This document shows positions 1 to 10,317 of a stretch of 64,000 nt of DNA, piece by piece. Source of the stretch: an uncultured Verrucomicrobiae bacterium (GTDB lineage: Bacteria > Verrucomicrobiota > Verrucomicrobiia > Chthoniobacterales > JAATET01); contig CAVRCI010000011.1 of NCBI GenBank assembly GCA_963719495.1, forward strand, positions 128,001-192,000. The letters are read 5' to 3'. Below the pieces are notes generated by a model, which did no database searches, was not told the origin of the DNA, and worked only from the letters and a program-made list of their open reading frames with translations. The translations under genes were made by a program, and so were the position numbers. How positions within the stretch are numbered: position 1 is the first letter of the stretch; every line of letters starts with the position of its first letter.

Positions 1-65
1 GCGCGGCCGTGGCCAGAACGATTCCGATGAGGAGAGAGCGGGGAGTTTTCATTTTCGAGGAGGGA

Positions 66-1355
66 TCAAACGGGGAGGCCATAGCCTTCGCGGCGGGGAC
101 GGGTCATCCAGCGGGCGGCTTCGGAATCATCGGTGATGATCTGTTCATCGGGGTCCCAATGCACTGGGCGGCCGAGGCGTTCGGCGATGCTGGCGAGGGC
201 GCTGATGGAACCGCTTCGGTTGCCCACGCGGGCGTTGCAGATGGGCGCGGTGCGCGCGCGGACGCAATTTAGCCAGTTTGCGCGGTGGTCGTCGGAGATT
301 TCGAGTCGCTGGTCGGACGGGGAGAGGGGACGGGCGGCGAGTTCCGCGGGTTCCGTGGCGAGTTGCCCGTGGCGACCGACTTTGACCACGCCTTCGGTGC
401 CGACGAATTGGATCATGAAGGGGTCCGAAATGGGGTGGTCGCGGATGACTCGCACGCCGCTCGCGTATTGGTGATATTGGTAAGGTTCGTCTTGATAGCC
501 CTTGGGGACGAAAAGCGTGGGGCCGCTGTCGTCCTGATCGAGCGCCCACTGGATGATGTCGAAATGGTGGGAACCCCAGTCGCCGTTCCGACGGGATCCG
601 TAGTCCCAGAACAAGCGCCAGCCGTCGACCTCGGGACCGGCGCAGCGGAGCGGGTAGTAGGGAACGAACGGCGCGGGACCGAGCCATTTGTCGTAGTCGA
701 AGCCATCCGGGACGGGTTGTTCGGGCTCGAGGATGCCTGGGGGGAACTCGTCCAGCTTCGCGTAGACCTCTTTGATTTCACCGATCCACCCGTTGCGCAC
801 CATCTCGGCGGCGCGACGGAAGGCGGAGTCGGATCGCTGCTGGGAGCCAACTTGGAGGACGCGCTGGTAACGGTCGGTTGCTGCGACCATGGCTTTGCCT
901 TCGTCGATGGTCAGCATCATGGGTTTCTCGACGTAGACGTCCTTGCCGGCCTTCATGGCGGCGATGGCGATGGCGGCGTGCCAATGGTCGGGGGTGGCGA
1001 TCACGACGGCGTCGAGATCGGGTCGGGCGAGGAGTTCCTCGTAGTCCCCGTAGGTGTCACATTCGCTGCCCGCCTCGGAGGCGTAGGCTTTGGCTTTCGC
1101 CAAATCGGAAGCACGGACGTCGCAGAGCGCGGTCACCCGCGTCTCGGCGGAGCTGAGATAATAGCCGCGGTGGCTGAGCATGATGTTGCCGTTGCCGATG
1201 AGGCCGAGATTGATCCGGTCGTTGGCTGCCGGCGCGCCCTGACCGCGGGCGGTGGATCGGAGGATGAAGGGGACGGCGAGGAGTCCGGCGGCGGCTCCGG
1301 CACCCTGCTGGAGGAAGCGCCGTCGGCTGAAGGAGGTGGGGGACGAATTTTTCAT
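66..1355 (-). CDS. Tat-exported Gfo/Idh/MocA family oxidoreductase
   Basis: SRRRFL twin-arginine signal; GLIGNG Rossmann start; ATPDHWH, VYVEKP and QVGSQQRS motifs. Confidence 0.93.
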   Translation of the reverse strand: MKNSSPTSFSRRRFLQQGAGAAAGLLAVPFILRSTARGQGAPAANDRINLGLIGNGNIMLSHRGYYLSSAETRVTALCDVRASDLAKAKAYASEAGSECDTYGDYEELLARPDLDAVVIATPDHWHAAIAIAAMKAGKDVYVEKPMMLTIDEGKAMVAATDRYQRVLQVGSQQRSDSAFRRAAEMVRNGWIGEIKEVYAKLDEFPPGILEPEQPVPDGFDYDKWLGPAPFVPYYPLRCAGPEVDGWRLFWDYGSRRNGDWGSHHFDIIQWALDQDDSGPTLFVPKGYQDEPYQYHQYASGVRVIRDHPISDPFMIQFVGTEGVVKVGRHGQLATEPAELAARPLSPSDQRLEISDDHRANWLNCVRARTAPICNARVGNRSGSISALASIAERLGRPVHWDPDEQIITDDSEAARWMTRPRREGYGLPV

Positions 1356-1368
1356 GAAAAAAGAGGCG

Positions 1369-2343
1369 CTAACGTTGGCTGGGCGTCGTGTCGGCGGGTA
1401 AATCGCCGACCGCGAATTGGATGCCCGCGAGAAAATGACGGAGGAGCGTTGGGTTCTGAAAGATGTGGGGGTTGTGACCCAGCGAGGTGTAGAAGACGCG
1501 GCCCCGCCCGACGGACTGGACCCAGGCCACGGGGTAGCCGCCGTCGCCGCGGTTGATTCCTTCGACGGCGTCGCTTCGGTCGGGATCGAGGCGCAGGAGG
1601 ATGCGGAGTTTTTCCCGCGAGTCGGGGTCGGCTTTGAACTGATAGATCTCCTCGGTGAGTTCGAACGAGTCTTCGTCGAAAACCGGAGCGTTGAGCGCGT
1701 GGCCGGGATCCGCGACGACGACGGTCACTCGGCTGGCTGATTTCCACGGGTGGCCATCGAAGACCGCTCCGATCAAAGCGCCGTAGGCGGGTTGTTGGTA
1801 GCAGGCGTCGGCGGCGGCGTGGATCCCGACGAGCCCTCCGCCCTTCCGAACGTAGTCGACGAGCGATTGCGTGAGCCGGGCGTGCCGCTCGCGGAGTGCG
1901 GCTCGCTGGGGCTCCGGCTTGGCGGCGAATTCGTCGGCGGGTGGGAGGAAAAAATCGAGGGTGGGATTGAGGAGGACGACGGCGTCGAAGGTCGCGACGG
2001 CCGCGGGCTCGAAATTCGCCGGGTCGTCGCTGACGATGGCCTCATACGAGCCGGTCATCTCGCCCATGAGCGATAGGGCAATTTTTCCGTAGGGGATGGA
2101 TTTGTGCCGGAATCCGGCGGTCGCGCTGTAAACGAGAATTCGGCGGGGAGCCCGGGGATCGGCGATGGCCGAAGCGGGGATCGCGGCGGCGATCTTCGCC
2201 CGATCTGACGCGCTCACGGGACGATCGTCGAAGGTGGGCTGCCAACCGGCCGCATCCGCCGCGCCCGGACACAGGGCGACTGCGGCGAGGACCGCGACCG
2301 CCGCCAGGCACCAACGATTGGGTCCGAGGGAGGACTTTTTCAC
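1369..2343 (-). CDS. ThuA (trehalose utilisation) domain protein, exported
   Basis: Signal peptide; GFRHKSI, GLVGIHAA, GRGRVFYTSLGH motifs; GTG start overlaps upstream stop. Confidence 0.88.
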   Translation of the reverse strand: MKKSSLGPNRWCLAAVAVLAAVALCPGAADAAGWQPTFDDRPVSASDRAKIAAAIPASAIADPRAPRRILVYSATAGFRHKSIPYGKIALSLMGEMTGSYEAIVSDDPANFEPAAVATFDAVVLLNPTLDFFLPPADEFAAKPEPQRAALRERHARLTQSLVDYVRKGGGLVGIHAAADACYQQPAYGALIGAVFDGHPWKSASRVTVVVADPGHALNAPVFDEDSFELTEEIYQFKADPDSREKLRILLRLDPDRSDAVEGINRGDGGYPVAWVQSVGRGRVFYTSLGHNPHIFQNPTLLRHFLAGIQFAVGDLPADTTPSQR

Positions 2344-3209
2344 GGACGCTCGATCCCGACCCGGCCCGCGGGAGACATCACCTGATCGTCGGGAAGTCGC
2401 TCGATCCAGATGTTACGGAAGCTGATGGCCGCGGTGTGGTATTGGATTCGTAGGGGCAGGGAATCGGCGTGAGCTTGGTAGAGCTTACGGCGGGCATTGG
2501 ACGAAGGTCCGGTGAACGGGGTGTTGTCCTGGACGGTCACGCCGTTCACTTGCACGGTGACGCAGGCAGGAGTGAGCATCTCACCATTGGCGCCGAAGAC
2601 CGGGCGGCGGAACCACACATCGTAGGTCTGCCACTCCCCCGAGGGACGGAGGGCGTTGTGGGTCGGGGGTGCCACGCCGTAGAGCGAAGCGGCGATTCCG
2701 TCGGCGTAACTCTCGTTGTCGTAGGTGTCGAGAATTTGAATCTCGTAGTCTTTCATCAGAAAGAGGCCGCTGTTCGCCCGATCCTGCCCCGTCGCATTCG
2801 ACCCGGTGGGAGCCTTCCACTCGACGTGCAAGTGGCACGATCCGAAGGTCTCCCGGCTGGTGAGATAGAGCGACCGCGAGACCTCGAGCACACCATCCCG
2901 CACCGACCATGCCTGCGGCACGTTCCAGGCGGAAAGGTCGCCACCGTCGAACAAAATAACGGCGCCGCGCGGAGCGGTCGCTGATTCCCGAAGTTCAGCT
3001 TCGGACTTCGGCTCCGCTCGCGGCGGCAGCGGGCGGGACGGGTCGTGCACCTTCCACTTTCCGTCGGCGCTGAGACTCAAATCGGGATGTTGATTGAAGA
3101 CCGAATACGGTCCTTCGGTCGCATGGACGATCCCGCTGGCGAGGAAAATCAAGGCTGGGAGACCGAGGATTCGAAGCCACGGATTGGGAGTTCGACGGGG
3201 GAGTTTCAT
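2340..3209 (-). CDS. DUF1080 / 3-keto-disaccharide hydrolase family
   Basis: Signal peptide; LFDGGDLSAW, LHVEW, ANSGLF, YEIQILD, GEWQTYDV, FRNIWI motifs. Confidence 0.9.
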   Translation of the reverse strand: MKLPRRTPNPWLRILGLPALIFLASGIVHATEGPYSVFNQHPDLSLSADGKWKVHDPSRPLPPRAEPKSEAELRESATAPRGAVILFDGGDLSAWNVPQAWSVRDGVLEVSRSLYLTSRETFGSCHLHVEWKAPTGSNATGQDRANSGLFLMKDYEIQILDTYDNESYADGIAASLYGVAPPTHNALRPSGEWQTYDVWFRRPVFGANGEMLTPACVTVQVNGVTVQDNTPFTGPSSNARRKLYQAHADSLPLRIQYHTAAISFRNIWIERLPDDQVMSPAGRVGIERP

Positions 3210-3307
3210 GATTTTACTGATTGGGTTCGATGGGGCGGGACAAATAACGGTTGGACAAACAATCCCAAACCAACGTTAATCTGCTAAAACGTCATACCAT
3301 CGGCAAT

Positions 3308-3838
3308 ATGATTCTTTCTTCAACCAAAAATCAAGCCACCGACCTCGGGGCCACGCTCGCCGTTCTGCTTCTTCGCCTCTGGCTTGGGGTGCGGGCGTGG
3401 CAGACCGGATTGGAAAAATTTGCGGGCAAGCGCTCCGGCAGCGAAGCGGTCCTGATCGATGGACAGCGCAACGAATACGGGCTGACCGATGCCACGAGCG
3501 AAAAGTTTTACGCGCTCGGAAATTACCACGGCGTTCCCGCGGCGCTCGCGGACAAGTTCAAAGCCGAGCCGCTGCTGCCAGGCGTTTTGCTGACGGCGTT
3601 CGACTGGATGATCGGACCTCTTCTCCTGCTGACTGGACTCACACTGCTCCTCGGCGTCGCAACGCGGTGTTCGCTTTTCGTGATGGGACTTCTCTACGTC
3701 GGACTGACGTTTGGGCTGATCCTGATCAACGAAAACTCCGGCGTGGCGTGGTTGGCGATCCACGTGGTTTTGATCGCCCTGATGCTGTTGAACGCCCGAG
3801 CCAATCGATTCGAAATCACAGGACGTTGGGAAATCTAA
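3308..3838 (+). CDS. DoxX family membrane protein
   Basis: LLLRLWLG...GLEKF N-terminus, four hydrophobic segments; start placed at ATG 3308. Confidence 0.7.
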   Translation: MILSSTKNQATDLGATLAVLLLRLWLGVRAWQTGLEKFAGKRSGSEAVLIDGQRNEYGLTDATSEKFYALGNYHGVPAALADKFKAEPLLPGVLLTAFDWMIGPLLLLTGLTLLLGVATRCSLFVMGLLYVGLTFGLILINENSGVAWLAIHVVLIALMLLNARANRFEITGRWEI

Positions 3839-3851
3839 CGCGATCGCTTCG

Positions 3852-5231
3852 ATGAATTTCACCCCAACCCCCCAATCGCGCCGCCACTTTCTTCGGCAAG
3901 CTGGCTTGGCCAGCGCGGGCCTCGTGCTCGGAGCGCCGTCGATCCTGCGCGCGGGCAGTGCGAAGAATTCCGCCAACGAATTGCGCGTCGGCTTCATCGG
4001 TTGCGGCAAGCAGCACGACGTTTTGTTCAACGCGATGAAGAACATTCCCGGTCTGCACTACGCGGCCGTGTGCGACATCATGAAGGACCGGGTCGGGGCC
4101 GCCTTCGGTCGAATCCGAGGAATGTTCGATTACAACCCGAACCGCTACATCGACGCCGCGGAAATGCTCGAGAAAGAGACCGACCTCGACGCGGTGATCG
4201 TGGCGACGCCGGACTTCTGGCACGCGCCCCACACCGTGATGGCGCTCGAAGCGGGGTGCAACGTCTACTGCGAAAAGATGATGTCGAACACCATCGAGGG
4301 AGCCCGCTCGATGGTCGCCGCGGCGGACGCGAGCGGGAAGCTCTGCCAGATCGGGCACCAGCGCCGGAGTAATCCGCGTTACATTTACGTGCTCGAAGAA
4401 CTCATCCGCAAACAGCGGATCTGCGGTCAGATCGTGAACGCCAACGGCCAATGGAACCGGGCGATCGGATCGTCGCAGGATATCCAGGTCAAACCGTCGA
4501 TCCTCCCCGACGAAAAAACTTTGCTCAAATACGGCTTCGGGCGCTTGGGAGAGCATCTCTCGCTCGATGAGCTTCGCCATCGTTTTCTGAACTGGCGATT
4601 CTACAAAGATCTCTCGGGCGGCCCGATCTCGGATCTCGGCGCGCACCAGATCGACATTTTCAATTGGTTCTTCGGCGCTCAACCGACCTCGGTCATGGCG
4701 TCCGGTGGTCGGAACTACTTCAAGGACCGCGAACACTTCGACAACGTCATGTGCGTGTTCGATTACGCGACGGACGACGGCGGGGCGCGGGCGTTTTACC
4801 AGGTGCTCACCACCACCAGTGCGGGGGGCGGCTATAAGGAATCCTTCATGGGCACCGAGGGCACGATCGACATCTCCGAGCGCGCCGCCTACACGAACAT
4901 CTACCGCGAAGCCGGCACCGCGCCGAGTTGGGACGCGCTGGTCGATGGTGGCTACCTCAAACGTTCGACCGCCGCTCCGGCCGCGGACACGTCCGACGCC
5001 ATTGCTTCCTACGAATCGGCCGCGCCGGAAAAATACGAGCTTCCCGGCGGCCTCGACAAACCGCCGCATCAGCCGCACCTCGAAAATTTCCTCGCCGCCA
5101 TCCGCGGCGAGGCGAAGCTCACCTGCGACGCCCGGCACGCCCTCTATTCCGAGGCTCCGATCTATTGGGTCAACCCCGCCGCCGAGAGCGCCTCGACGAT
5201 CATCTTCACCCCCGAACACCTCCACGTATGA
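3852..5231 (+). CDS. Tat-exported Gfo/Idh/MocA family oxidoreductase
   Basis: SRRHFL signal; GFIGCG; ATPDFWH; VYCEKMM; QIGHQRRS. Confidence 0.93.
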   Translation: MNFTPTPQSRRHFLRQAGLASAGLVLGAPSILRAGSAKNSANELRVGFIGCGKQHDVLFNAMKNIPGLHYAAVCDIMKDRVGAAFGRIRGMFDYNPNRYIDAAEMLEKETDLDAVIVATPDFWHAPHTVMALEAGCNVYCEKMMSNTIEGARSMVAAADASGKLCQIGHQRRSNPRYIYVLEELIRKQRICGQIVNANGQWNRAIGSSQDIQVKPSILPDEKTLLKYGFGRLGEHLSLDELRHRFLNWRFYKDLSGGPISDLGAHQIDIFNWFFGAQPTSVMASGGRNYFKDREHFDNVMCVFDYATDDGGARAFYQVLTTTSAGGGYKESFMGTEGTIDISERAAYTNIYREAGTAPSWDALVDGGYLKRSTAAPAADTSDAIASYESAAPEKYELPGGLDKPPHQPHLENFLAAIRGEAKLTCDARHALYSEAPIYWVNPAAESASTIIFTPEHLHV

Positions 5232-5884
5232 AAAACCCCCTTCTCCTCACTTGTCTGGCGGCCACCGTTGTCATTGGACAATACTCGGCCCTCGGCCAGG
5301 TCGCTCTCACGACCGAAATCCCGCCCGAGCAAATCGAGGGGACCCCGATGCCGATCGAGGTCCCTGGCCTCGTCGCCGCGCCGACCGAGGCACCCACGAT
5401 CTCCGTGCCCGAAGGGACGATTTTGCTATCGGCCGGTAAACCCGTGACCGGAAGCGACGATTTTCCCATCGTCGGCGAACTGTCCTACGTCACCGACGGG
5501 GACAAACTGGGCGGCGAAGGCTATTTTGTGGAGATCCTCGACGGGCTCCAGTGGGTTCAGATCGATCTCGAGCGGTCCGCGACGATTCAGGCGATCTGGG
5601 TGTGGCACTTTCACTCCCAGGCCCGCGCTTACCACGACGTGATCGTCCAGATCTCGAACGATCCGGAATTTGCCGAGGGCGTGACCACCGTCTTCAACGA
5701 CGACTACGACAACTCCGCGAATCTCGGTCCCGGCGAAGACAAGCCCTACGTCGAATCCCGTTTTGGCCTGCTCGTGGACGCCAAGGAAACGAAGGGCCGC
5801 TACGTCCGGCTCTACAGCAATGGAAATACGTCCACCTCGATGAACCACTACATCGAGGTGGAGGTATTCGGCAGCGAAGGCTGA
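5228..5884 (+). CDS. Secreted discoidin / F5/8 type C-like protein
   Basis: ATG overlaps upstream stop (ATGA); signal peptide; QWVQIDL, GRYVRLY and EVEVFG motifs. Confidence 0.75.
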   Translation: MKNPLLLTCLAATVVIGQYSALGQVALTTEIPPEQIEGTPMPIEVPGLVAAPTEAPTISVPEGTILLSAGKPVTGSDDFPIVGELSYVTDGDKLGGEGYFVEILDGLQWVQIDLERSATIQAIWVWHFHSQARAYHDVIVQISNDPEFAEGVTTVFNDDYDNSANLGPGEDKPYVESRFGLLVDAKETKGRYVRLYSNGNTSTSMNHYIEVEVFGSEG

Positions 5885-5939
5885 TCTTCTCCGATTGGAG
5901 TCGCCTCCTGTCCGACCAAGGCACGCCCCCCACCCATTC

Positions 5940-7184
5940 ATGTCCCCCGAACCCGCCGTCAGACCATCCCGTCTTTTTGTCGCCAGTTGCATCGCGCTGA
6001 TCGTTACGGCGATGAGTTTCGCTCTGCGCGGCGAGGCGACTGGCGCGTGGGTGGCCGACTTCGGTCTCAGCAACGCGCAGGTCGGGTGGATCAACGGCAC
6101 CGCCTTCTGGGGATTCACTCTCGCCATGCTCGTGGGCGGATCGCTCTGCGACGCGATCGGGTTGGCTCGGATCACGCGGATCGCGTTCTTCGGTCATCTG
6201 ATCGGGATTCTGCTCACAATTTTTGTGTGGGATTATTGGAGCCTCTACGCTGGCACTCTGATTTTTGGAATCGCCAACGGATCGGTCGAAGCTGCCTGCA
6301 ACCCGCTGATCGCCACGCTTTATCCCGCGGACAAAACGACGAAGTTGAACCGCTTTCACGTCTGGTTCCCGGGCGGCATCGTGATTGGTGGGCTGCTTGC
6401 CTTCTCGCTCGGTTGGGCTGGTTTCGGGTGGCGCGTGCAGTTTGCGATCATGCTCATCCCGCTGGCGATCTACGGGGTCATGTTCCGGGGGCAGATGTTT
6501 CCGGTGACCGAGCGCGTGCAGCGGGGGATATCGACCAAGGCCATGTTTGCCGCCTGCCTCAACCCGATCTTTCTGTTGATGGTCGGGTGCATGCTGCTGA
6601 CCGCCGCGACGGAGCTGGCTCCTGGTCAATGGATTCCGAATATCCTGAGCTATTCCGGCGTCTCGGGGATTCTCGTGCTCGTTTGGATCACGGGTCTCAT
6701 GGCGATCGGTCGGAGCTTTGCGGGCGTCTTCGTCCACCGCATCGCGGCGGAAGGAATGTTGATCGGGAGTGCCGTCGTGAGCGCGCTCGGGCTGTATCTC
6801 ATGAGTCAGACCAGCGGCGGAATGCTGTTCGCGGCCGCGACGGTCTTCGCCATCGGTGTCTGTTTTTTCTGGCCGACGATGCTGGGTTACGTCAGCGAAA
6901 AATTCCCGAGCACCGGCGCGCTTGGACTCGCGATCATGGGCGGTGCCGGGATGTTGAGCGTGAGCATGGTGCTCCCGATCATGGGTGGCATCTACGACGC
7001 TGGGATCGTCGAGCGGGTCGCCGACGGCGGCGAAGTGACGGTGGCCATTCAGGCTGCGGCCGGTCTGGGGACGCTCGAGAGGATCGCCATCGTCCCGGCG
7101 GTGCTGGCCATCGCGTTTCCGGTCATCTTTCTCCTGCAAAGGCGTCGCTCTAATCGGTTCACCGACTCTTTTCGAAACGAGTAG
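5940..7184 (+). CDS. MFS transporter, probably sugar
   Basis: About 12 hydrophobic helices; GIANGSVEAACNPLIATLYP and FFWPTMLG motifs. Confidence 0.88.
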   Translation: MSPEPAVRPSRLFVASCIALIVTAMSFALRGEATGAWVADFGLSNAQVGWINGTAFWGFTLAMLVGGSLCDAIGLARITRIAFFGHLIGILLTIFVWDYWSLYAGTLIFGIANGSVEAACNPLIATLYPADKTTKLNRFHVWFPGGIVIGGLLAFSLGWAGFGWRVQFAIMLIPLAIYGVMFRGQMFPVTERVQRGISTKAMFAACLNPIFLLMVGCMLLTAATELAPGQWIPNILSYSGVSGILVLVWITGLMAIGRSFAGVFVHRIAAEGMLIGSAVVSALGLYLMSQTSGGMLFAAATVFAIGVCFFWPTMLGYVSEKFPSTGALGLAIMGGAGMLSVSMVLPIMGGIYDAGIVERVADGGEVTVAIQAAAGLGTLERIAIVPAVLAIAFPVIFLLQRRRSNRFTDSFRNE

Positions 7185-7345
7185 AACAGAGAATGTCTGG
7201 TGGAATTAACGCTCCGTGCGGGTTGGCGGGCGGTGACGCTTGGAAGGTCGGCGTCGTGTTCGCGGACGGAGTCGCTCGCCAGGGTCCACGGAGTGCCCGC
7301 TCCACCCGCTCGCTATGGACGAGATCCGGGAATAGGCACGAGCAA

Positions 7346-8185
7346 TCAGTAGAGCCGCCGGAGGGTGCCGTCGGGTGTTTCGGCGACGACGGATTCGACG
7401 TAGGGGCAATCGCGGGCGACCTCGGGGATTTCTTCCGGGGTCATGAGCATGGCGGCCGTGGTCCACGCGTCGGCGAGGGCCGCCGTCGCGGCCACGCACC
7501 AGATTCTTTTGAAGGCGTAGATCGGCGGGTCCGGCTCGATCTCCAGCGGTGAGGCGATGTGGCTGCCCAGGACGGCTGTGCCCGATACGCTCATGGCCGC
7601 GGTCGCGAGGCGGACTTCGCGTTGGTCGTTGTCTGTAAGGAGGAGCAGCGGCCAATCTGCCGCTCCCAGCGCGAGATGCGTGCTCGCTCCCGCTGCGAGG
7701 AGGGCGTCCGAAATGCCCCAGTCCGTGAGGATCCTCCCGAGATCGTCCAGTGCAAATCCTTTGCCGATCCCGCCCAGGTCGATCTCCCGCCCGGCTTCCT
7801 CGCAGGTGACCATTGGGCGTTTGGGGTCGAGGATCAATCGCCCACCCAACCGCGGCGGTGGGCCGGATTTACCGGCTTTGAAGTGTTCGATCCGCCGTCC
7901 GAGCGTCACGTCGAATAGGCCGCCCGTATCTCCGCCAACCCGGGCGGCGAGCCGAAGGCAGGCGTCGCACGCTTCGCCGATGATCAGGGTCTCGCCGGTC
8001 CGCATCGAGTTGATTTGATGCACGTCGCTTCCTCCCCGGAAGCGGCTGAGTTGGCTCTCCAACTCGTCGAGTCGATCGTGGCATGCCCGGGCGATCCCGG
8101 GGAGCGGTGAATCGGGGTTCGCCGCGAAGCGCAGCCAGAACGTCGTGTTCATCGCGCCGTGTTGGAAGAGCTTGGATTCTCTCAT
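7346..8185 (-). CDS. apbE: FAD:protein FMN transferase (ApbE family)
   Basis: AMNTTF, SQLSRF..SDV..IN, TGGLFDVT, IDLGGIGKGFALD, SHIASP, ADAWTTA; ATG overlaps upstream stop. Confidence 0.88.
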   Translation of the reverse strand: MRESKLFQHGAMNTTFWLRFAANPDSPLPGIARACHDRLDELESQLSRFRGGSDVHQINSMRTGETLIIGEACDACLRLAARVGGDTGGLFDVTLGRRIEHFKAGKSGPPPRLGGRLILDPKRPMVTCEEAGREIDLGGIGKGFALDDLGRILTDWGISDALLAAGASTHLALGAADWPLLLLTDNDQREVRLATAAMSVSGTAVLGSHIASPLEIEPDPPIYAFKRIWCVAATAALADAWTTAAMLMTPEEIPEVARDCPYVESVVAETPDGTLRRLY

Positions 8186-9615
8186 CGCGCCACCTCCTCC
8201 ATCCAACGGTCCCAAAGATCCCGGCGCACGAAGCACGAAAGCAGCACCTCTTCGCGCAAGCCGCGGAAGATGACCGCGTGCGAGTCCGCCAGCTGCCCGC
8301 CGACTGCGACTGCCTCGCTCGGGAGCGCGATCACTACGGGGAAGTGCGCCATTTCGTCGGAAGGGTTCGGCCAATAGCCGACCGGATCCTGTCCGCGCAG
8401 GACCCACGGCAGCGGCCAGTATCCCGAGCCCACCACCGCGACTCGCCACGGACCGACCGCCAGTGGACGCAGCTCGCCCAGCATTTCCGCAACCGCTGCA
8501 GCGTCCGGGGAGGTCGCCGCGTAGGCGTAGGGATTACAGACCGCAACGCGCTGCGTTTGCAATCCGATGAGCGCGACGCACCCGGCGGCAACCGCGATCC
8601 GACTGGATGATCGGCACCGCATGATCAGACCCACTCCGCAGCCGGCCAACAGGCAGGCTTGAATCCAGGGAACTACCGCCAGCCAAGGCACCTTGTAAGC
8701 AAGAACGCTGTAGCAGAGAAACTGCGCTGCCGTCGCCCAACCCAGGAAGCGGGCCTGTCTTGAAAGCCGGGAGCCGCGGTCGATCCAACCGAGCGCGAAT
8801 CCGGCGGCGGCGAGCAGGACGATGCCCGGCTCGGCCGAGATCATCAATTTCGCGTAGTAGCCAAACGGTTTGGTGTGGCCCGGCGTTGTCTCGTAGACGA
8901 AAAATGTCCGCACCGCATCTGCCAATCCGCCCGCGTAGCCTACGAATGCCGTGGCCGCGGCTACCGCGACGACCAAGGCCGCTGGCCGCCACCAACGACG
9001 AAACCGGATTCTCCGTCTCGCCTCCAGCCAGACCAGCGTCCCACCGAAGGTCCACCCCGCCACCGACACGACGAACGTTTCCTTCGTCGCAAACATCAAT
9101 CCGAGCCCCAAGCCGACTCCAACGGCCGCCGCCCATGGATTTCGACGGTCCCAGGCGGACAGAAAAGTGAGGGTGAGAAGGGCGAAGAATCCGAGGATCG
9201 TCTCGTGGATGAACGTCCGGCTGAATGTCACCAGGAGCGGCGAGATTGCCAGCAGCGCCGCCGCCGTTAGCGCACCCGCATTGCCCAGCCGGTGCCGCCA
9301 AAAAACGAGCAGCGCCACGGTGAGGCACCCCGCCACCGCCGTGACGAGCCGCAGCGAGATGGCCGTGAGGCCCAGCCAATCGAATTCGCCGCGGAAGTGG
9401 GCGACGACGGCCCCGGCGAGACTGAGGGTGGGACCGTGAAAATGGACCGGGTCGAATTCGTAGCCCGCCCCCTCGAGACGATCGGCGACGATCCGGGCAC
9501 CCGTGGCTTCGTCGGCGTGCATTGGGGACACCCCAAGATCCTGGAAACGCAGGAACACAGCCGCGATGATCACCGTGACACACAATCCGAGATCAATCAC
9601 CCGGTGCGCGATCAT
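8182..9615 (-). CDS. Integral membrane GT-C/PMT-like protein (TIGR03663/Agl23-like)
   Basis: RFQDLG..PMHADEA, YEFDPVHFHGP, SRTFIHE, ATKETF, GHTKPF.YY, YKVPW, YWPLPW motifs. Confidence 0.75.
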   Translation of the reverse strand: MIAHRVIDLGLCVTVIIAAVFLRFQDLGVSPMHADEATGARIVADRLEGAGYEFDPVHFHGPTLSLAGAVVAHFRGEFDWLGLTAISLRLVTAVAGCLTVALLVFWRHRLGNAGALTAAALLAISPLLVTFSRTFIHETILGFFALLTLTFLSAWDRRNPWAAAVGVGLGLGLMFATKETFVVSVAGWTFGGTLVWLEARRRIRFRRWWRPAALVVAVAAATAFVGYAGGLADAVRTFFVYETTPGHTKPFGYYAKLMISAEPGIVLLAAAGFALGWIDRGSRLSRQARFLGWATAAQFLCYSVLAYKVPWLAVVPWIQACLLAGCGVGLIMRCRSSSRIAVAAGCVALIGLQTQRVAVCNPYAYAATSPDAAAVAEMLGELRPLAVGPWRVAVVGSGYWPLPWVLRGQDPVGYWPNPSDEMAHFPVVIALPSEAVAVGGQLADSHAVIFRGLREEVLLSCFVRRDLWDRWMEEVAR

Positions 9616-9657
9616 CGTTGGAGCGAGACTAGCACGGTTCTGGTCTGGCCGTGCCGA

Positions 9658-10293
9658 TCAATAGTTGACGACGACTTGACCTGAGAGGCCCGAGACGAGG
9701 ATCGAGGCGGTCTTGTCCACGACTTCGGTCGTCCCGCGCATTTCGCGGAGCGGGATTTCGATCCAAGCCGACGTCGCGGCGGGATCGAGCAGGGCTTCGC
9801 CTTGCGGTGAGAACGCGATGATCGTTCCGGTAAACGAGACCGATTGGCCGTCGACCGGGGCTGCGAATACGAATGGGCTGCCTTCAAGCACCCTCGTGCC
9901 GACGGGAGTGCCGTCGGTGCGCGCGGGGAGGAGTTTGACGTTCTCGACGCGGACCGGACGGGTGAGGGGGAGGAGGTTTGCGCTGGTCGTGTCCCGCGTG
10001 CCGTCGCGTGAGATGACGGTGGTGATGGCGAGCTCGGGCGTGCTCGCGGCGTTGGCCTTCGTGGTGTCCGCCACGCCGACCCAGACCCATGTGCTTTGAG
10101 CCATGGCTTCCGTTCGCGCGAGTTCGAGAGAATCCGAGACCGACGTAATGGCCCGGCGCATTCCGCTTCCCTGGGTCAGGCTGACGAGCGCGGGGACCGC
10201 GAGGCCGACGAGCACCGCGATCACGGCGATGACGACGAGAAGCTCGACGAGGCTGAAGCCGGTGCCGCGGTGAGGGGGGAAGGATTGGATCAT
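9658..10293 (-). CDS. Prepilin-like protein (Verru_Chthon cassette D / GspH-FimT-like)
   Basis: Class III signal G^FSLVELLVVIAVI; LELARTEAMA. Confidence 0.85.
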   Translation of the reverse strand: MIQSFPPHRGTGFSLVELLVVIAVIAVLVGLAVPALVSLTQGSGMRRAITSVSDSLELARTEAMAQSTWVWVGVADTTKANAASTPELAITTVISRDGTRDTTSANLLPLTRPVRVENVKLLPARTDGTPVGTRVLEGSPFVFAAPVDGQSVSFTGTIIAFSPQGEALLDPAATSAWIEIPLREMRGTTEVVDKTASILVSGLSGQVVVNY

Positions 10294-10317
10294 GGTCGGG
10301 CTCGAAATGGGTCAGGG

